DNA of 64,000 nucleotides from Nitrospinales bacterium (lineage in GTDB: Bacteria; Nitrospinota; Nitrospinia; Nitrospinales; VA-1). The stretch spans positions 160,001 through 224,000 of the forward strand of contig CBDCWG010000007.1 in assembly GCA_965223345.1 (NCBI GenBank), written 5' to 3'. Each line of letters starts with the position of its first letter. Position 1 is the stretch's first letter. Below are positions 44,810 to 54,942 of the stretch, one piece after another. Below the pieces are notes generated by a model, which did no database searches, had not been told where the DNA came from, and saw nothing but the letters and a program-made list of their open reading frames with translations. The translations under genes and the position numbers were made by a program.

Positions 44810-44923
44810 GGGTCTCCCTTTCCCTGTCAAAACAGAACGTCGTATTTATGAATACGGTCAGACTAGCATACCAGCAGGGAGAGGATGAAAACAATCGAGG
44901 TCAAAGACTGCGGAGGGGGCGGC

Positions 44924-45685
44924 TCACAATTCTTCGGCGATGATGGCCTTGAGCCGGGTGCGGAGGCGAAACACGGCTTTGGAGTGGATCTGGGAAACGC
45001 GGGATTCGGTGATGCTCAACACTTCACCGATTTCTTTCATGGTCAACTCTTCGTAGTAGTACAGGGAAATCATGAGCCGTTCTTTTTCGGGCAGCTGGTC
45101 GATGGCTTTGGCGATGATCTCCTTGAGCTCGTTCAACCGCAACTGAGTCTGCGGATCCGCGTCCCCTTTGCCAGCAAGGCAGTCGAGCAGGCTTTGCTGT
45201 TCTCCGGTGTCTTTGGCGATTCCCAGATCTTCCAGGCTCAATACGGGCATGCTTCGCGTCTCGTTGATGGTGTCAAAAAGTTCGTTGAGGTTCAGCCCCA
45301 TGGCTTCGGCGACTTCCTCGTCCTCCGGCGGCCGTCCCAGCTGGCTTTGCAGCTTCTGCACCACCGAATCGAGGGAGGCGGCTTTCTGGCGCACCGAGCG
45401 CGGCACCCAGTCCATGGAACGCAACTCGTCGAGGATCGCGCCGCGCACGCGGAACTCCGCGTAGGTCTTGAATTTCGCGCCGCGTGAGGGATCGTATTTC
45501 TGGATGGCGTCGATCAATCCCAAGACCCCCACGCTGATCAAATCGTCCACTTCGATGTGGGGCGGCAGCCGCATGGCGATGCGGTTGGCGACGTACTTGA
45601 TCATGGGGCCGTATTCCTTGATCACCGCGTCGCGGTTCTCCTGGGAGATTTCGATTTCCTGCGCGACCTGCGCTTTTTCTACCAT
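44924..45685 (-). CDS. fliA: RNA polymerase sigma-28 factor
   Basis: 'DDLISVG..GL', 'RVRGAILDELR.MDW' and 'YYEELTMKEIG.VL.ITESRVSQIH'. Confidence 0.96.
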   Translation of the reverse strand: MVEKAQVAQEIEISQENRDAVIKEYGPMIKYVANRIAMRLPPHIEVDDLISVGVLGLIDAIQKYDPSRGAKFKTYAEFRVRGAILDELRSMDWVPRSVRQKAASLDSVVQKLQSQLGRPPEDEEVAEAMGLNLNELFDTINETRSMPVLSLEDLGIAKDTGEQQSLLDCLAGKGDADPQTQLRLNELKEIIAKAIDQLPEKERLMISLYYYEELTMKEIGEVLSITESRVSQIHSKAVFRLRTRLKAIIAEEL

Positions 45686-45700
45686 TCAATCGTTCTCGAA

Positions 45701-45949
45701 TTAAGCCGTTTCGTCAAGGTGGGCGCCTTTTTGCTCGCCCTCGATTTCTTCAGGGGGTGCGTCGGTTTTCTCTTCCAGGATGTAATTGCCGAGAAACCAC
45801 GCCACAAGGCCGAACAGCAGGGCTCCCTCGGTTCCCCGGATCAGGGCGGTCAGAATCCTCGATCCGCTCAGCACGCTCCCGAAAGTGAGGATGGCAAAGG
45901 AAAACAGAGCGAAGATCAGCGCCATCTTTTTGATGCCGGTCTGGCTCAT
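45701..45949 (-). CDS. Small two-TM hypothetical protein in the flagellar operon
   Basis: ATG at 45949 overlaps the flhG stop (ATGA); two hydrophobic helices and an acidic tail. Confidence 0.65.
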   Translation of the reverse strand: MSQTGIKKMALIFALFSFAILTFGSVLSGSRILTALIRGTEGALLFGLVAWFLGNYILEEKTDAPPEEIEGEQKGAHLDETA

Positions 45950-46812
45950 TGAACTTGAAACGCGCTCCTCCAAAAGAAGGGACGGTCCGCACCGTCCGCT
46001 TCCATCGGTTTTTCATTCACAATTTTTTCCGCCAGGTTGTCGAGGCACTGGCTCATCTTGGAATACGGGTACAGCTCCAGCATGGCCTTTTGCTGTCGCA
46101 CCGCCTTGGGAACGTTGGCGTCGGAAAGGATGAACCCCAGGTATTCGACCGAAATCTGCTTGAGGAATTTGTCGGTCACGGCTGAAAGGTTTCTGAAAAC
46201 CACTTGCGCTTCCCTTTCCGATTCGACGGAGTTGATGATGAGGCGAAAATGCTTTTGTGCGTGCTTCAGATGCAGAACCTTGATCAGGGCGTAGACATCG
46301 GTCAGGGAGGTGGGCTCCGTGGTCGCGATCAGGACGATTTCGTGGGCGGCGCTGCAAAAATAGGTGACGTTGGTCGAGATTCCCGCGCCGGTGTCGAACA
46401 GGAGAAAATCGTACCCCTGGCTGACCCGGTCGAGCTCGTCCATCAGACGCATTTTGGTGCCGCTTTCAAGCTGGGTCAACTCCTGCAACCCGTCTCCCGC
46501 GGGCAGCACGCCCATGCCCGCCGGCCCCTGGACGATGATGTCCTCTACGTTCTTCTCCCCGGACAACACATGCCCGATATGGAATTGGGGGGTCAGCCCC
46601 AGAAGAATGTCGATGTTGTTGAGCCCGAGGTCGGCATCGACCACGAGGACCCGTTTTCCCCTTTTGCAAAGGGCGTAAGCCAGATTGGCGACCACGTTGG
46701 TTTTTCCGACGCCGCCTTTTCCGCTGCTGACAGCCAGCACCCTGAGTGGGGAATTTTTCATTTGATTGGTGATAAGACTCCTCAATGTGGCTGCCTGATC
46801 GTAACGATCCAA
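45946..46812 (-). CDS. flhG: MinD-like flagellar number regulator FlhG/FleN
   Basis: N-terminal 'DQA..LR', 'SGKGGVGKT', 'DADLGL.N', 'DTGAG' and 'EPTSLTD.Y'. Confidence 0.92.
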   Translation of the reverse strand: MDRYDQAATLRSLITNQMKNSPLRVLAVSSGKGGVGKTNVVANLAYALCKRGKRVLVVDADLGLNNIDILLGLTPQFHIGHVLSGEKNVEDIIVQGPAGMGVLPAGDGLQELTQLESGTKMRLMDELDRVSQGYDFLLFDTGAGISTNVTYFCSAAHEIVLIATTEPTSLTDVYALIKVLHLKHAQKHFRLIINSVESEREAQVVFRNLSAVTDKFLKQISVEYLGFILSDANVPKAVRQQKAMLELYPYSKMSQCLDNLAEKIVNEKPMEADGADRPFFWRSAFQVQ

Positions 46813-46839
46813 TTTCGCGCTCCTTAATCTACTTGGATT

Positions 46840-47928
46840 TCAATTAAAAATCAAACGAATTACCTTTTCTTTTTCGGCCACTTCCAAATCCTCGGGCACG
46901 CGTTGCCCGGTCGTGAAATAGGAAAAAGGAATCCGCGTGCGCATGAAAAAATTCACCAGCGGACCGAACGTGATTCCTTCATCGAGTTTGGTGAACAGCA
47001 CGCGATCGATGCCCAGCGGCAAAAACTGTTTGCACGCCGCCTGCATCTGGCTCTCCTGGGCGGTGACTTCCAGCACCAGTTGCGTTTCGACGCTGCCGAG
47101 TTCGTTGAACAGCACCTTGAGTTGACCGGAGTACGAACGGTCCTTGTGACAGCGGCCCATCGTGTCGATCAGGATGAGGTCGCAGTCGGCGTGCGTGCGC
47201 AGAGTCTGTTTCAAATCCTTGCGGTTGTGCGCCAGCGCCACGGGAATGTTCAAGATGTCGCCGTAGATGCGCAGCTGGTCGAAGGCCCCCATCCGGTAGG
47301 TGTCGAGGGACACGAGCGCGACTTTCTTTTTCTGCCTGAGACTGAAATCGGCGGCGAGCTTGGCGATGGTCGTGGTCTTCCCTGCCCCCGTGGGCCCCAC
47401 AAAAACAACCTTTTTCGCGCGTTTCGGGTCGAGCTCGATACCGCCCTTGAAGATCAGCACTTTCTCCATCAACGCCTGCACCTGCGCCTGTTCCGTATCG
47501 AGGCCATTCGCGTGCGGCGCGGTTTGCTCGCAGGCTTTTTCGATGAACCGGGAGGCCAGCTGTTCCTGCAGGCCGCATTGCAGAAGACGCGAGTAGATGC
47601 CGAGTTGATGCGGCTTGAGACCGAGCGCCTGCGCCTGCTGGCTTTCGCTCAGCAACGCGCGGAACAGGGATTTCATATCGAAATCCTCATCGCCGGAATA
47701 TTCGAGGGTCTCTTCGGCCTGCCAGGGGGAAATCCCGTTCGGCTGTTTTCGCGACACGTATTCCACAGCGGCGGTGATCTCCACCACCGGCCTCTCGCCG
47801 TTGGCGGCGACTTCGCTGCCCTCCTCCAGCGAACGCGTGCTCAGGATGAGCGCGTTTTCCCCAAGTTCTTTTTTCACCTGGTCCAGTGCACCGCTGTAAC
47901 TGGACGCGACGAATCGTCTAATTCGCAT
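46840..47928 (-). CDS. flhF: Flagellar SRP-type GTPase FlhF
   Basis: 'VKKELGENALIL', 'GPTGAGKTTT.AKLA', 'DTYR', 'TKLDE' and 'GQRVPEDL'. Confidence 0.95.
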   Translation of the reverse strand: MRIRRFVASSYSGALDQVKKELGENALILSTRSLEEGSEVAANGERPVVEITAAVEYVSRKQPNGISPWQAEETLEYSGDEDFDMKSLFRALLSESQQAQALGLKPHQLGIYSRLLQCGLQEQLASRFIEKACEQTAPHANGLDTEQAQVQALMEKVLIFKGGIELDPKRAKKVVFVGPTGAGKTTTIAKLAADFSLRQKKKVALVSLDTYRMGAFDQLRIYGDILNIPVALAHNRKDLKQTLRTHADCDLILIDTMGRCHKDRSYSGQLKVLFNELGSVETQLVLEVTAQESQMQAACKQFLPLGIDRVLFTKLDEGITFGPLVNFFMRTRIPFSYFTTGQRVPEDLEVAEKEKVIRLIFN

Positions 47929-49996
47929 TTAAATTCACAACCTCCAGAGTTTTGATCTGCACGGACGGCATCACTTCGCTGTGCGACAACACCACCAGAT
48001 CCGGCAGAAACCGTTCGGTGAAACGGCGCAGGTGCAGGCGGATGGTCGGCGAAGCAAGCAGGATCGGCGAGGATTCCAGCCGCGGCGCGATGGCCTCCAT
48101 GGTTTCCTTCAACCGGGTCAGCAGTTTCTCGGCGACGTTCGGCTCCAGCGCCAGGTACGAGACGGTCTCGGTTTTCTGGATCGAACCTTCGATCACATCT
48201 TCCACGGCGCGGTCCAGCGTCAGCACCGAGAGCGTCCCGTCGGTGGACTGGTACTGCTTGGTGATCGGCCGGGCCAGCGACTGGCGCACGAATTCGGTGA
48301 GCAGGTCGGTGTCCTGGGTGCTGATGGCGCTGTCTGCGAGCTGCTCCAAAATAGTGCGCAGGTCGCGGATGGAGATCTGCTCCTTGAGCAGGTTTTGCAG
48401 CACCTTCTGCACTTTCCCGAGGCTCAGCACGTTGGGGATCAGCTCTTCCACCACCTTGGGGTTGGACTCCTTGAACTTGTCGATCAGCGCCTGCGTTTCC
48501 TGGCGGCCCACCAGTTCGTGGGCGTGCCGCTTGATGGTCTCCTTGATGTGGGTGGTGATGACCGTCGCGGGATCGACGACGGTGTAGCCCGCCATCTGCG
48601 CTTCCTGCTTGGCGCTGGAGGGAATCCACACGGCGGGCAGGCCGAACGTCGGTTCCTGGGTGGGGATGCCTTCCAGCTGCTTTTCGGTGTTGCCGGGATT
48701 CATCGCCATCAGCCGGCCCATCATGATCGCGCCGCGCGCCACCTCGACGCCTTTGATGACGATGGCGTAGTCGCTGGACTTGAGCTGCAGGTTGTCGCGG
48801 ATGTGCAGCGGCGGCACGATGAAACCCATTTCCAGCGCGAACTGGCGGCGGATGGATTTGATGCGGTCCAGAAGCTCGCCGTTGCGGTCCGCGTCCACCA
48901 GGGGAATCAGCTCGTAGCCCACTTCCAGCTCCATGACGTCCAGCGGCAGGATGGACTCGACCCGCTCGGCGACGGGCGCTTTGGCCTCTTCCTCGCGCTT
49001 GCGGATGTCCTGCACTTCCTTGCGCTTGAGGTCGTCGAAGCGGTAGTAGGCGATCGCGCCCGCGGCCGTTCCCAGCAGAAAGAACGGCAGATGCGGCAGG
49101 CCCGGAATGAGCCCGAAAAAGAACAGCGAGACCGAAGCGATGACGAACGCGAAGGGCTGGTTGAGCAGCTGGCCCAACAGCTCGAACGGCAGGTTCTTGT
49201 CGGACACGGCGCGCGTCACCACGAGACCGGCGGCGGTGGAGACGGTGAGCGCCGGCAGCTGCGACACCAGGCCGTCGCCGATGGTCAACAGGGTGTAGAC
49301 CTGGGCCGCCTGCGAGACTTCCATGGACTGCTGGAACACGCCGATGCTGAACCCGCCGATGATGTTGATCAGCGTGATCAGGATGCCGGCGATGGCGTCG
49401 CCGCGCACGAAACGGATGGCGCCGTCCATCGCGCCGTAGAAATCCGCTTCCCGCTCCAGGGTCTGGCGGCGCGTGCGAGCCTCCTGTTCGGTGATGATGC
49501 CGGCGTTGAGGTCGGCGTCGATGCTCATCTGTTTTCCGGGAATCGCATCCAGGGTGAAGCGGGCCGCCACTTCCGAGGTGCGCACCGAACCTTTGGTGAT
49601 GACGATGAAGTTGATCATCACCAGGATGATGAAGATGACCGTACCGACGACGTAGTTGCCGCCCACGACGAACGAGCCGAAGGACTGGATCACCTGTCCG
49701 GCGGCGGCGGGGCCCTCGCCGCCGTGCAGCAGGATGATGCGGGTGGACGCCACGTTGAGCGAAAGCCGGATCAGCGTCACGATCAACAGCAGCGACGGAA
49801 ACACCGAAAACTCCAGAGGCGCTTTCATGAACACCGCGACCAGCAGGATGATGATGGAAAAGGTCAGGCTGAACGATAGAAAGATGTCGAGGAAAAACGG
49901 CGGGATCGGCATGACCATGACGGTCAGGATGATGATCACGCCGAAGGCGACGCCGATTTCCTGCGGCCGCTCTGTCAGCACTCGCAATGGGTTCAT
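47918..49996 (-). CDS. flhA: Flagellar export protein FlhA
   Basis: 'EVAARFTLDAIPGKQMSIDADLNAG', 'FYGAMDGA' and 'TIGDGLVSQ'. Confidence 0.97.
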   Translation of the reverse strand: MNPLRVLTERPQEIGVAFGVIIILTVMVMPIPPFFLDIFLSFSLTFSIIILLVAVFMKAPLEFSVFPSLLLIVTLIRLSLNVASTRIILLHGGEGPAAAGQVIQSFGSFVVGGNYVVGTVIFIILVMINFIVITKGSVRTSEVAARFTLDAIPGKQMSIDADLNAGIITEQEARTRRQTLEREADFYGAMDGAIRFVRGDAIAGILITLINIIGGFSIGVFQQSMEVSQAAQVYTLLTIGDGLVSQLPALTVSTAAGLVVTRAVSDKNLPFELLGQLLNQPFAFVIASVSLFFFGLIPGLPHLPFFLLGTAAGAIAYYRFDDLKRKEVQDIRKREEEAKAPVAERVESILPLDVMELEVGYELIPLVDADRNGELLDRIKSIRRQFALEMGFIVPPLHIRDNLQLKSSDYAIVIKGVEVARGAIMMGRLMAMNPGNTEKQLEGIPTQEPTFGLPAVWIPSSAKQEAQMAGYTVVDPATVITTHIKETIKRHAHELVGRQETQALIDKFKESNPKVVEELIPNVLSLGKVQKVLQNLLKEQISIRDLRTILEQLADSAISTQDTDLLTEFVRQSLARPITKQYQSTDGTLSVLTLDRAVEDVIEGSIQKTETVSYLALEPNVAEKLLTRLKETMEAIAPRLESSPILLASPTIRLHLRRFTERFLPDLVVLSHSEVMPSVQIKTLEVVNLNAN

Positions 49997-50046
49997 ACTC
50001 TAAATACCAGAGGGTTGAAAATACGTGTTGCCAACTCGAATCCGCA

Positions 50047-51120
50047 TCAAATGGGATGTTTTCCCTTCAAACGGTAGACGTACGCGAGGATCTCCGCGAC
50101 CGCCTTGTAGAGGCTGGCGGGAATCAACTGCCCCACCTCCACGGTCTTGTGCAGCACCCGCGCCAGGGGTTTGTTCTCGACGATGGGCACGTCGTTGTCC
50201 TGGGCGATGAGGCGGATCTTCTTGGCGATCGGCCCCGCGCCTTTCGCCACCACGATGGGGGCGTCGTAATTATCCAGATCGTATTTGATCGCCACGGCGA
50301 GCTCCGTGGGGTTGGTGACCACCACGTCGGCTTCGGGCACGGCGGACATCATGCGCCGGCGCATCATCTCGGTCTGCACGGCGCGGATCCGCTGCTTGAT
50401 CTGCGGGTTGCCTTCCGTCTCCTTGCGCTCGTCCTTGACCTCCTGCTTGGTCATGCGCAGGTTTTCCAGATAGGTGAAACGCTGGAACGCGTAATCGAAA
50501 GCGGCCAGCAGGATCATGGCCAGAAGGACCTTGAACATGATCTCGAGCGCCACCTCGCCCATGAACACCATGCTCTGCCCCACGCCGAACCCCATGAGCG
50601 GCGGAATCTGGTCCCAGTGGCCCTTGATGGTCTGGTAGGCGATGACGGAAACCAGCGTGATCTTGAACAAGGATTTGAACAGCTCCATCGCCGAGTTTTT
50701 CGAGAAGATGCGGCCGAATCCCTTGAGCGGGTTGAGCTTGTTGAACTTGGGCAGCAGAGGGTGGAACGAAACCTTGAAGCCGCGCGTCTGGATCAGGTTG
50801 GAGACGATGCCCGCGAACATGATGGTGAACAGAATGGGCGCCAGAATGAAAAACGTGCTCTTCAGCACCACGAGAAAAACCCGGTACAGCTCCTCGCTGC
50901 TCAGGGTCAGGGCGTGGGACTGCGTGAGGATCGCCCGCCAGGTGTCCATCATCTTGATGGGGCCCTGCTGGCCGATGGCGAAAAACGCCAGGATCGCCGC
51001 CATGAGGATGAACGAGGAGGTCATCTCCCGGCTGTGGGTGAAGTTCCCCTTCTCCTCGGCTTCCTGGATGCGCTTGGCCGAGGCCTCTTCTGTTTTCTGG
51101 TCTTTGTTCTCTTCGGCCAT
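50047..51120 (-). CDS. flhB: Flagellar export protein FlhB
   Basis: 'KTEE.S', 'MTKQEVKDE.KETEGNP' and autocleavage-site 'TNPT(E)'. Confidence 0.95.
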   Translation of the reverse strand: MAEENKDQKTEEASAKRIQEAEEKGNFTHSREMTSSFILMAAILAFFAIGQQGPIKMMDTWRAILTQSHALTLSSEELYRVFLVVLKSTFFILAPILFTIMFAGIVSNLIQTRGFKVSFHPLLPKFNKLNPLKGFGRIFSKNSAMELFKSLFKITLVSVIAYQTIKGHWDQIPPLMGFGVGQSMVFMGEVALEIMFKVLLAMILLAAFDYAFQRFTYLENLRMTKQEVKDERKETEGNPQIKQRIRAVQTEMMRRRMMSAVPEADVVVTNPTELAVAIKYDLDNYDAPIVVAKGAGPIAKKIRLIAQDNDVPIVENKPLARVLHKTVEVGQLIPASLYKAVAEILAYVYRLKGKHPI

Positions 51121-51193
51121 CGGGAACCGGAGTCGTTATCGCTTTAAAGAAGGGAACCGCCGCACGGGTCCGCCGCCTGCGCTTTGGTTCGCG

Positions 51194-51970
51194 TCATAGA
51201 GTACGCATCAATCCCAGGAGCTGGGAAGGCAACTCCTGAATGTGGTTTGAGAGCACGATACTGAAAAACGGCATGGCCAGCGCGATCATCAGCAGGCCCA
51301 CACCGATCTGCAAAGGGAATCCGACGATGAAGACGTTCATCTGCGGAACGGTCCGCGCCACCAGCCCCAGGCCGACACTGAGGAAAAACAGGATGGCCAT
51401 GACGGGTGCGGCGATTTTCACCGCGATCAGGAACATGGCCGAAAACAACTGCAGAATGTATTCGGCGGTCACGCCGCCGAGGCTCATGCTGGCCGGGTGG
51501 ATCACACTGAAACTCTCGACCACCGCGCCGATCACGATGTGGTGCGCGTCGGTGACGAGAAAAATCAGCACCGCCAGGATGTTCTGAAACTGCGCGGTGA
51601 TGGAAACCTGGGCCTGGGTCTGCGGGTCGATGACGTTGACCACCCCGAAACCCATCTGAAAGTCCACGATGGTCCCCGCCACCTGCACGGAGGTGAACAC
51701 CAGCCGGGTTGCGAACGCGATGGCCAGCCCGACCCCCGCTTCCGCGGTCAGATACACCGCAAGCTCCACCAGCCCCTTGGGATCGGGCATGGGTTTGTCG
51801 CTCACCATCGGGTAGATCAGCAGGCTGAACATCAGGATGAACCCGGCCTTCAGGCGCACGGGTATCTGGGCGCTGCCCAAGATGGGAGAAAACAGGATCA
51901 GGGCCCCGACCCGGAAAAACACGAACAGGAAGCTTTCGAACTCTTCCGGATTGAAATTTAAAAGATCCAT
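51194..51970 (-). CDS. fliR: Flagellar export protein FliR
   Basis: 'AG.IVDFQMGF' and 'RTVPQMNVFIVGFP'. Confidence 0.95.
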   Translation of the reverse strand: MDLLNFNPEEFESFLFVFFRVGALILFSPILGSAQIPVRLKAGFILMFSLLIYPMVSDKPMPDPKGLVELAVYLTAEAGVGLAIAFATRLVFTSVQVAGTIVDFQMGFGVVNVIDPQTQAQVSITAQFQNILAVLIFLVTDAHHIVIGAVVESFSVIHPASMSLGGVTAEYILQLFSAMFLIAVKIAAPVMAILFFLSVGLGLVARTVPQMNVFIVGFPLQIGVGLLMIALAMPFFSIVLSNHIQELPSQLLGLMRTL

Positions 51971-52000
51971 GGAATTTTCGCATCACCGGTCATCACGCGA

Positions 52001-52270
52001 TCACTGAATGTATTCCGGAAAATTCATCAGGATTTTCGATGTGAAGTTGAGCATGATCTGCAACAGCCAGGGGAAAAACAGCACCATCGCCAGAAACACC
52101 GCCAGGATCTTGGGGATGAAGGTCAGCGTCAGTTCCTGGATGGAGGTGACGGCCTGGAATATGGAGACCGCAAGTCCCGTGACCAGCCCGAAACCCAGCA
52201 TGGGCGCGGAAACCAGCAGCGCCGTTTTCATGCTCTCCATTGCGAAATCGATGATGAAGGTCTGGGTCAT
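52001..52270 (-). CDS. fliQ: Flagellar export protein FliQ
   Basis: 'VSIFQAVTSIQE.TLTFIPKI'. Confidence 0.96.
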   Translation of the reverse strand: MTQTFIIDFAMESMKTALLVSAPMLGFGLVTGLAVSIFQAVTSIQELTLTFIPKILAVFLAMVLFFPWLLQIMLNFTSKILMNFPEYIQ

Positions 52271-52281
52271 GGTCGTTTCCT

Positions 52282-53046
52282 TCAGCTGAAGCTTTTCATC
52301 AGGGAGCCCACCGTCAGATACCAGCCGTCCACCATCACGAACAGCATGAGCTTGAACGGCAGCGAGATCAACACGGGCGGCAGCATCATCATGCCCATCG
52401 AAAGCAGGATGCTCGCGACCACCATATCGAGGATGAGGAACGGAATGTAGATCAGAAAACCGATCTGGAACGCGGTCTTGAGTTCGCTGATGATGAACGC
52501 CGGGATCAGGGTGCGCATGTCGATCTGTTCCGGGGCCTCGGGTCTGACCCCGTCCGTCAGATTGACGAACAGGGACAGGTCCTTCTCGCGCGTCTGCCGC
52601 ATCATGAAGCGCTTGAGGGGGATCTCGGCCTGCTTGAGGGCGTCGATCTGCGTCAATTCCTCGGCGAGATACGGCTGCAGGGCTTTGTCATTGACTTCCG
52701 ACCAGATCGGCCCCATGACAAACAGCGTCAGAAACAGGCCCAGGCCGATCAGCACCTGGGTGGGCGGCGTCTGCTGGGTGCCCATGGCCTGACGCAGAAA
52801 GGACAGCACGATGATGATCCGGGAAAACGAGGTGGTCATGATGAGAATCGAAGGGGCCAGCGCCAGCACGGTGAGCAGCATGAGAATCTGCAGGGCGCTG
52901 GAAACCTTCTCCGGCTCGTCCACATCGTCGATGCCCACCTGAAAGGTCGGGAACGGAATGGCGGCGCTTTCGGAGGCGCAGAAAAACAGCGCGCAGAACA
53001 GAACGGCCGCGAATCCGATACACTTCCATTTCTTTCCGTTTTTCAT
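52282..53046 (-). CDS. fliP: Flagellar export protein FliP
   Basis: 'TSFSRIIIVL', 'QQTPP.QVL', 'PAFIISEL' and 'GMMMLPP...SLPFK..LFV.VDGW'. Confidence 0.97.
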   Translation of the reverse strand: MKNGKKWKCIGFAAVLFCALFFCASESAAIPFPTFQVGIDDVDEPEKVSSALQILMLLTVLALAPSILIMTTSFSRIIIVLSFLRQAMGTQQTPPTQVLIGLGLFLTLFVMGPIWSEVNDKALQPYLAEELTQIDALKQAEIPLKRFMMRQTREKDLSLFVNLTDGVRPEAPEQIDMRTLIPAFIISELKTAFQIGFLIYIPFLILDMVVASILLSMGMMMLPPVLISLPFKLMLFVMVDGWYLTVGSLMKSFS

Positions 53047-54197
53047 AGGGACCGGAGTTTTCCCAGGTTCTTCCGGATCTTTTCGGTGACCTCGTCCACA
53101 GATCGTTCCTTGCTGGAACGGCCGTCGGAATACTGTTCCAGGTACTGCGCGAACCCACTGGCCGGCGTGGCGTCGGGCAGCGCCCGGTTCGGCCTGGCCG
53201 CTTTTTCCGGCCGGCCCTTTTCTTTCACCGCGGCAGGTTTGTTTCTTTTCTCGCTGAACGCGCGGATTTTCTCGATCCGTTCCTCATCGCGGATGTTCGA
53301 CAGCAGCGAGATGTTGTCGTTGGAGATGCCCAGAACCAGCACTTCGTCGGCGACCTCGACCAGGGCGATGCTTTTTTTCGGGCCGAGAAACCCGGTTCCC
53401 AGCACGCGCACCAGTTTGTCGTTGCCGCCGAACAGGGTGTTTTTGAGCACGAATTTCTTGAACACGTAAAACAGCACGAACATGATGCCGAGAACCAGAG
53501 AGAGCATGGTGAGCATGCGCACGGCGGCGGGAAGCGGATCGAGCACGCCCTCGCCGTCGCTCTCAACCGCCTGCTGCACGGGAATCGCCTGCTGGATCGG
53601 CCGGGCGGTCTCTTTTTCCGGCGGCAGCGGCACCGGATTGTTCAGACTGGCGACGCGCACCGGCTTCGCGGGGGTGCTGCGGGGTGTTTTTCGGGCCACC
53701 GGCTTTTTGGTGGCCACAGGCTTCGATTCACCGGGGGCCTCCCATTTTTCCGCTGCCTGCGCCAGCAGGCGGTCGAGCACTTCCGCATCGTCGTCGGCCA
53801 CGCGCACGGTGAGCGTCTTGCCGCGTTTGGCGATGTTGAAGTTCTCGCTGAGTCCGGGAAGCTTTTCCCCCAGCACGAACTGCACGCGCAGGGTCTTGCT
53901 GTTGATCTGGGTCACGGCGATCTGCGGGATGCGGCTGTCTTTGGTGTAAAAATAGCGCTTGGGAAGCCGGATGCGCGCATCGGGCAGGTCCATCTGCACG
54001 GATTTGTTGAGAAACACCGGCGCGTCGAACCGGGTCACCGGGCGTTTGAACTGGAAACGGATGTTCAAAATCCCGTCTTCCCGCTCGGCCACCACCTCCT
54101 GCAAAAAGTTTCGCGGCACGGACTGGGCGAAAGCTCCTTCCGTGCTTATAAAAACGGCGGCGCACAATCCTGAAAGTATGTAGAGTTTCCACTTCAT
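53043..54197 (-). CDS. fliO: FliO-like protein with a large N-terminal periplasmic extension
   Basis: Signal peptide, about 200-aa extension, TM helix, then the FliO motif 'LGPKKSIALVEV...LVLGIS..ISLL'. Overlaps the fliP start. Confidence 0.75.
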   Translation of the reverse strand: MKWKLYILSGLCAAVFISTEGAFAQSVPRNFLQEVVAEREDGILNIRFQFKRPVTRFDAPVFLNKSVQMDLPDARIRLPKRYFYTKDSRIPQIAVTQINSKTLRVQFVLGEKLPGLSENFNIAKRGKTLTVRVADDDAEVLDRLLAQAAEKWEAPGESKPVATKKPVARKTPRSTPAKPVRVASLNNPVPLPPEKETARPIQQAIPVQQAVESDGEGVLDPLPAAVRMLTMLSLVLGIMFVLFYVFKKFVLKNTLFGGNDKLVRVLGTGFLGPKKSIALVEVADEVLVLGISNDNISLLSNIRDEERIEKIRAFSEKRNKPAAVKEKGRPEKAARPNRALPDATPASGFAQYLEQYSDGRSSKERSVDEVTEKIRKNLGKLRSL

Positions 54198-54270
54198 GGC
54201 AAGAACGGCTCGTCGATGGGGATGGACAGGGTGTCAAAAAATACGGCAATGCTCACTGAAATTGTTTAAA

Positions 54271-54287
54271 TGCAAGGCCTATACCGA
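54271..54287 (-). promoter_or_regulatory. Candidate sigma54 promoter for fliO-fliA
   Basis: Minus strand TCGGTAT-AGGCC-TTGCA (GG-N10-GC spacing), about 75 nt upstream of fliO. Confidence 0.5.
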
Positions 54288-54560
54288 TAAGCGGCCCGGG
54301 CGGGGGAAAGATCGGATCGAAGCGGGTGGGGTATTTTTCCCGCTTAGTTTTCAGTGGGTTCAATTGGAGCCGGCTGGAAAAAAATATTTTTGCGCGGGGA
54401 TATTTCGGTTTTTTTGACGGGGAACGTCAGCGGGAAGACGACAAATTTCCTGCACTCCCGGGCGGAATGCAAGCGGGTGCCTGCAGGCCCTGTTTGCGAG
54501 CGCAGGTGGCGATGAGGCCAAAACGGGGAATGGGAGAAAGCCTGCGATTCTAAAGGAGAA

Positions 54561-54938
54561 TCAGCCTAAGGACTGCACGCGTTCCATGGGCGAGACGATG
54601 TCCGTCAGGCGGACGCCGAATTTTTCGTTGACCACCACCACTTCGCCGCGGGCCACCAGTTTCTGGTTCACCAGCACTTCCAGGGGTTCTCCCACCAGTT
54701 TGGTCAACTCCACGACGGAACCCTGGCCCAGCTGCAACAAATCGTTGATCAGCATTTTCGTGCGGCCGAGCTCCACGGTGACCGTGAGGGGGATGTCGAG
54801 GATGAGATCCAGACTCCGGTTGTCAGCGGGAGCCTGTTCGCCTTCGGATTCCTCTTCGGCCGCCGCCTCCTGCTCGGTAGCGGTGTCTTCGGCGTTCTCC
54901 GCTGCGCCCGCTTCTTCTGTGCCTGCCTCTTCCGCCAT
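54561..54938 (-). CDS. fliN: Flagellar motor switch protein FliN
   Basis: 'LILDIPL.VTVELGRT' and 'GEVVVVNEKFGVR'. Confidence 0.96.
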   Translation of the reverse strand: MAEEAGTEEAGAAENAEDTATEQEAAAEEESEGEQAPADNRSLDLILDIPLTVTVELGRTKMLINDLLQLGQGSVVELTKLVGEPLEVLVNQKLVARGEVVVVNEKFGVRLTDIVSPMERVQSLG

Positions 54939-54942
54939 GAGA

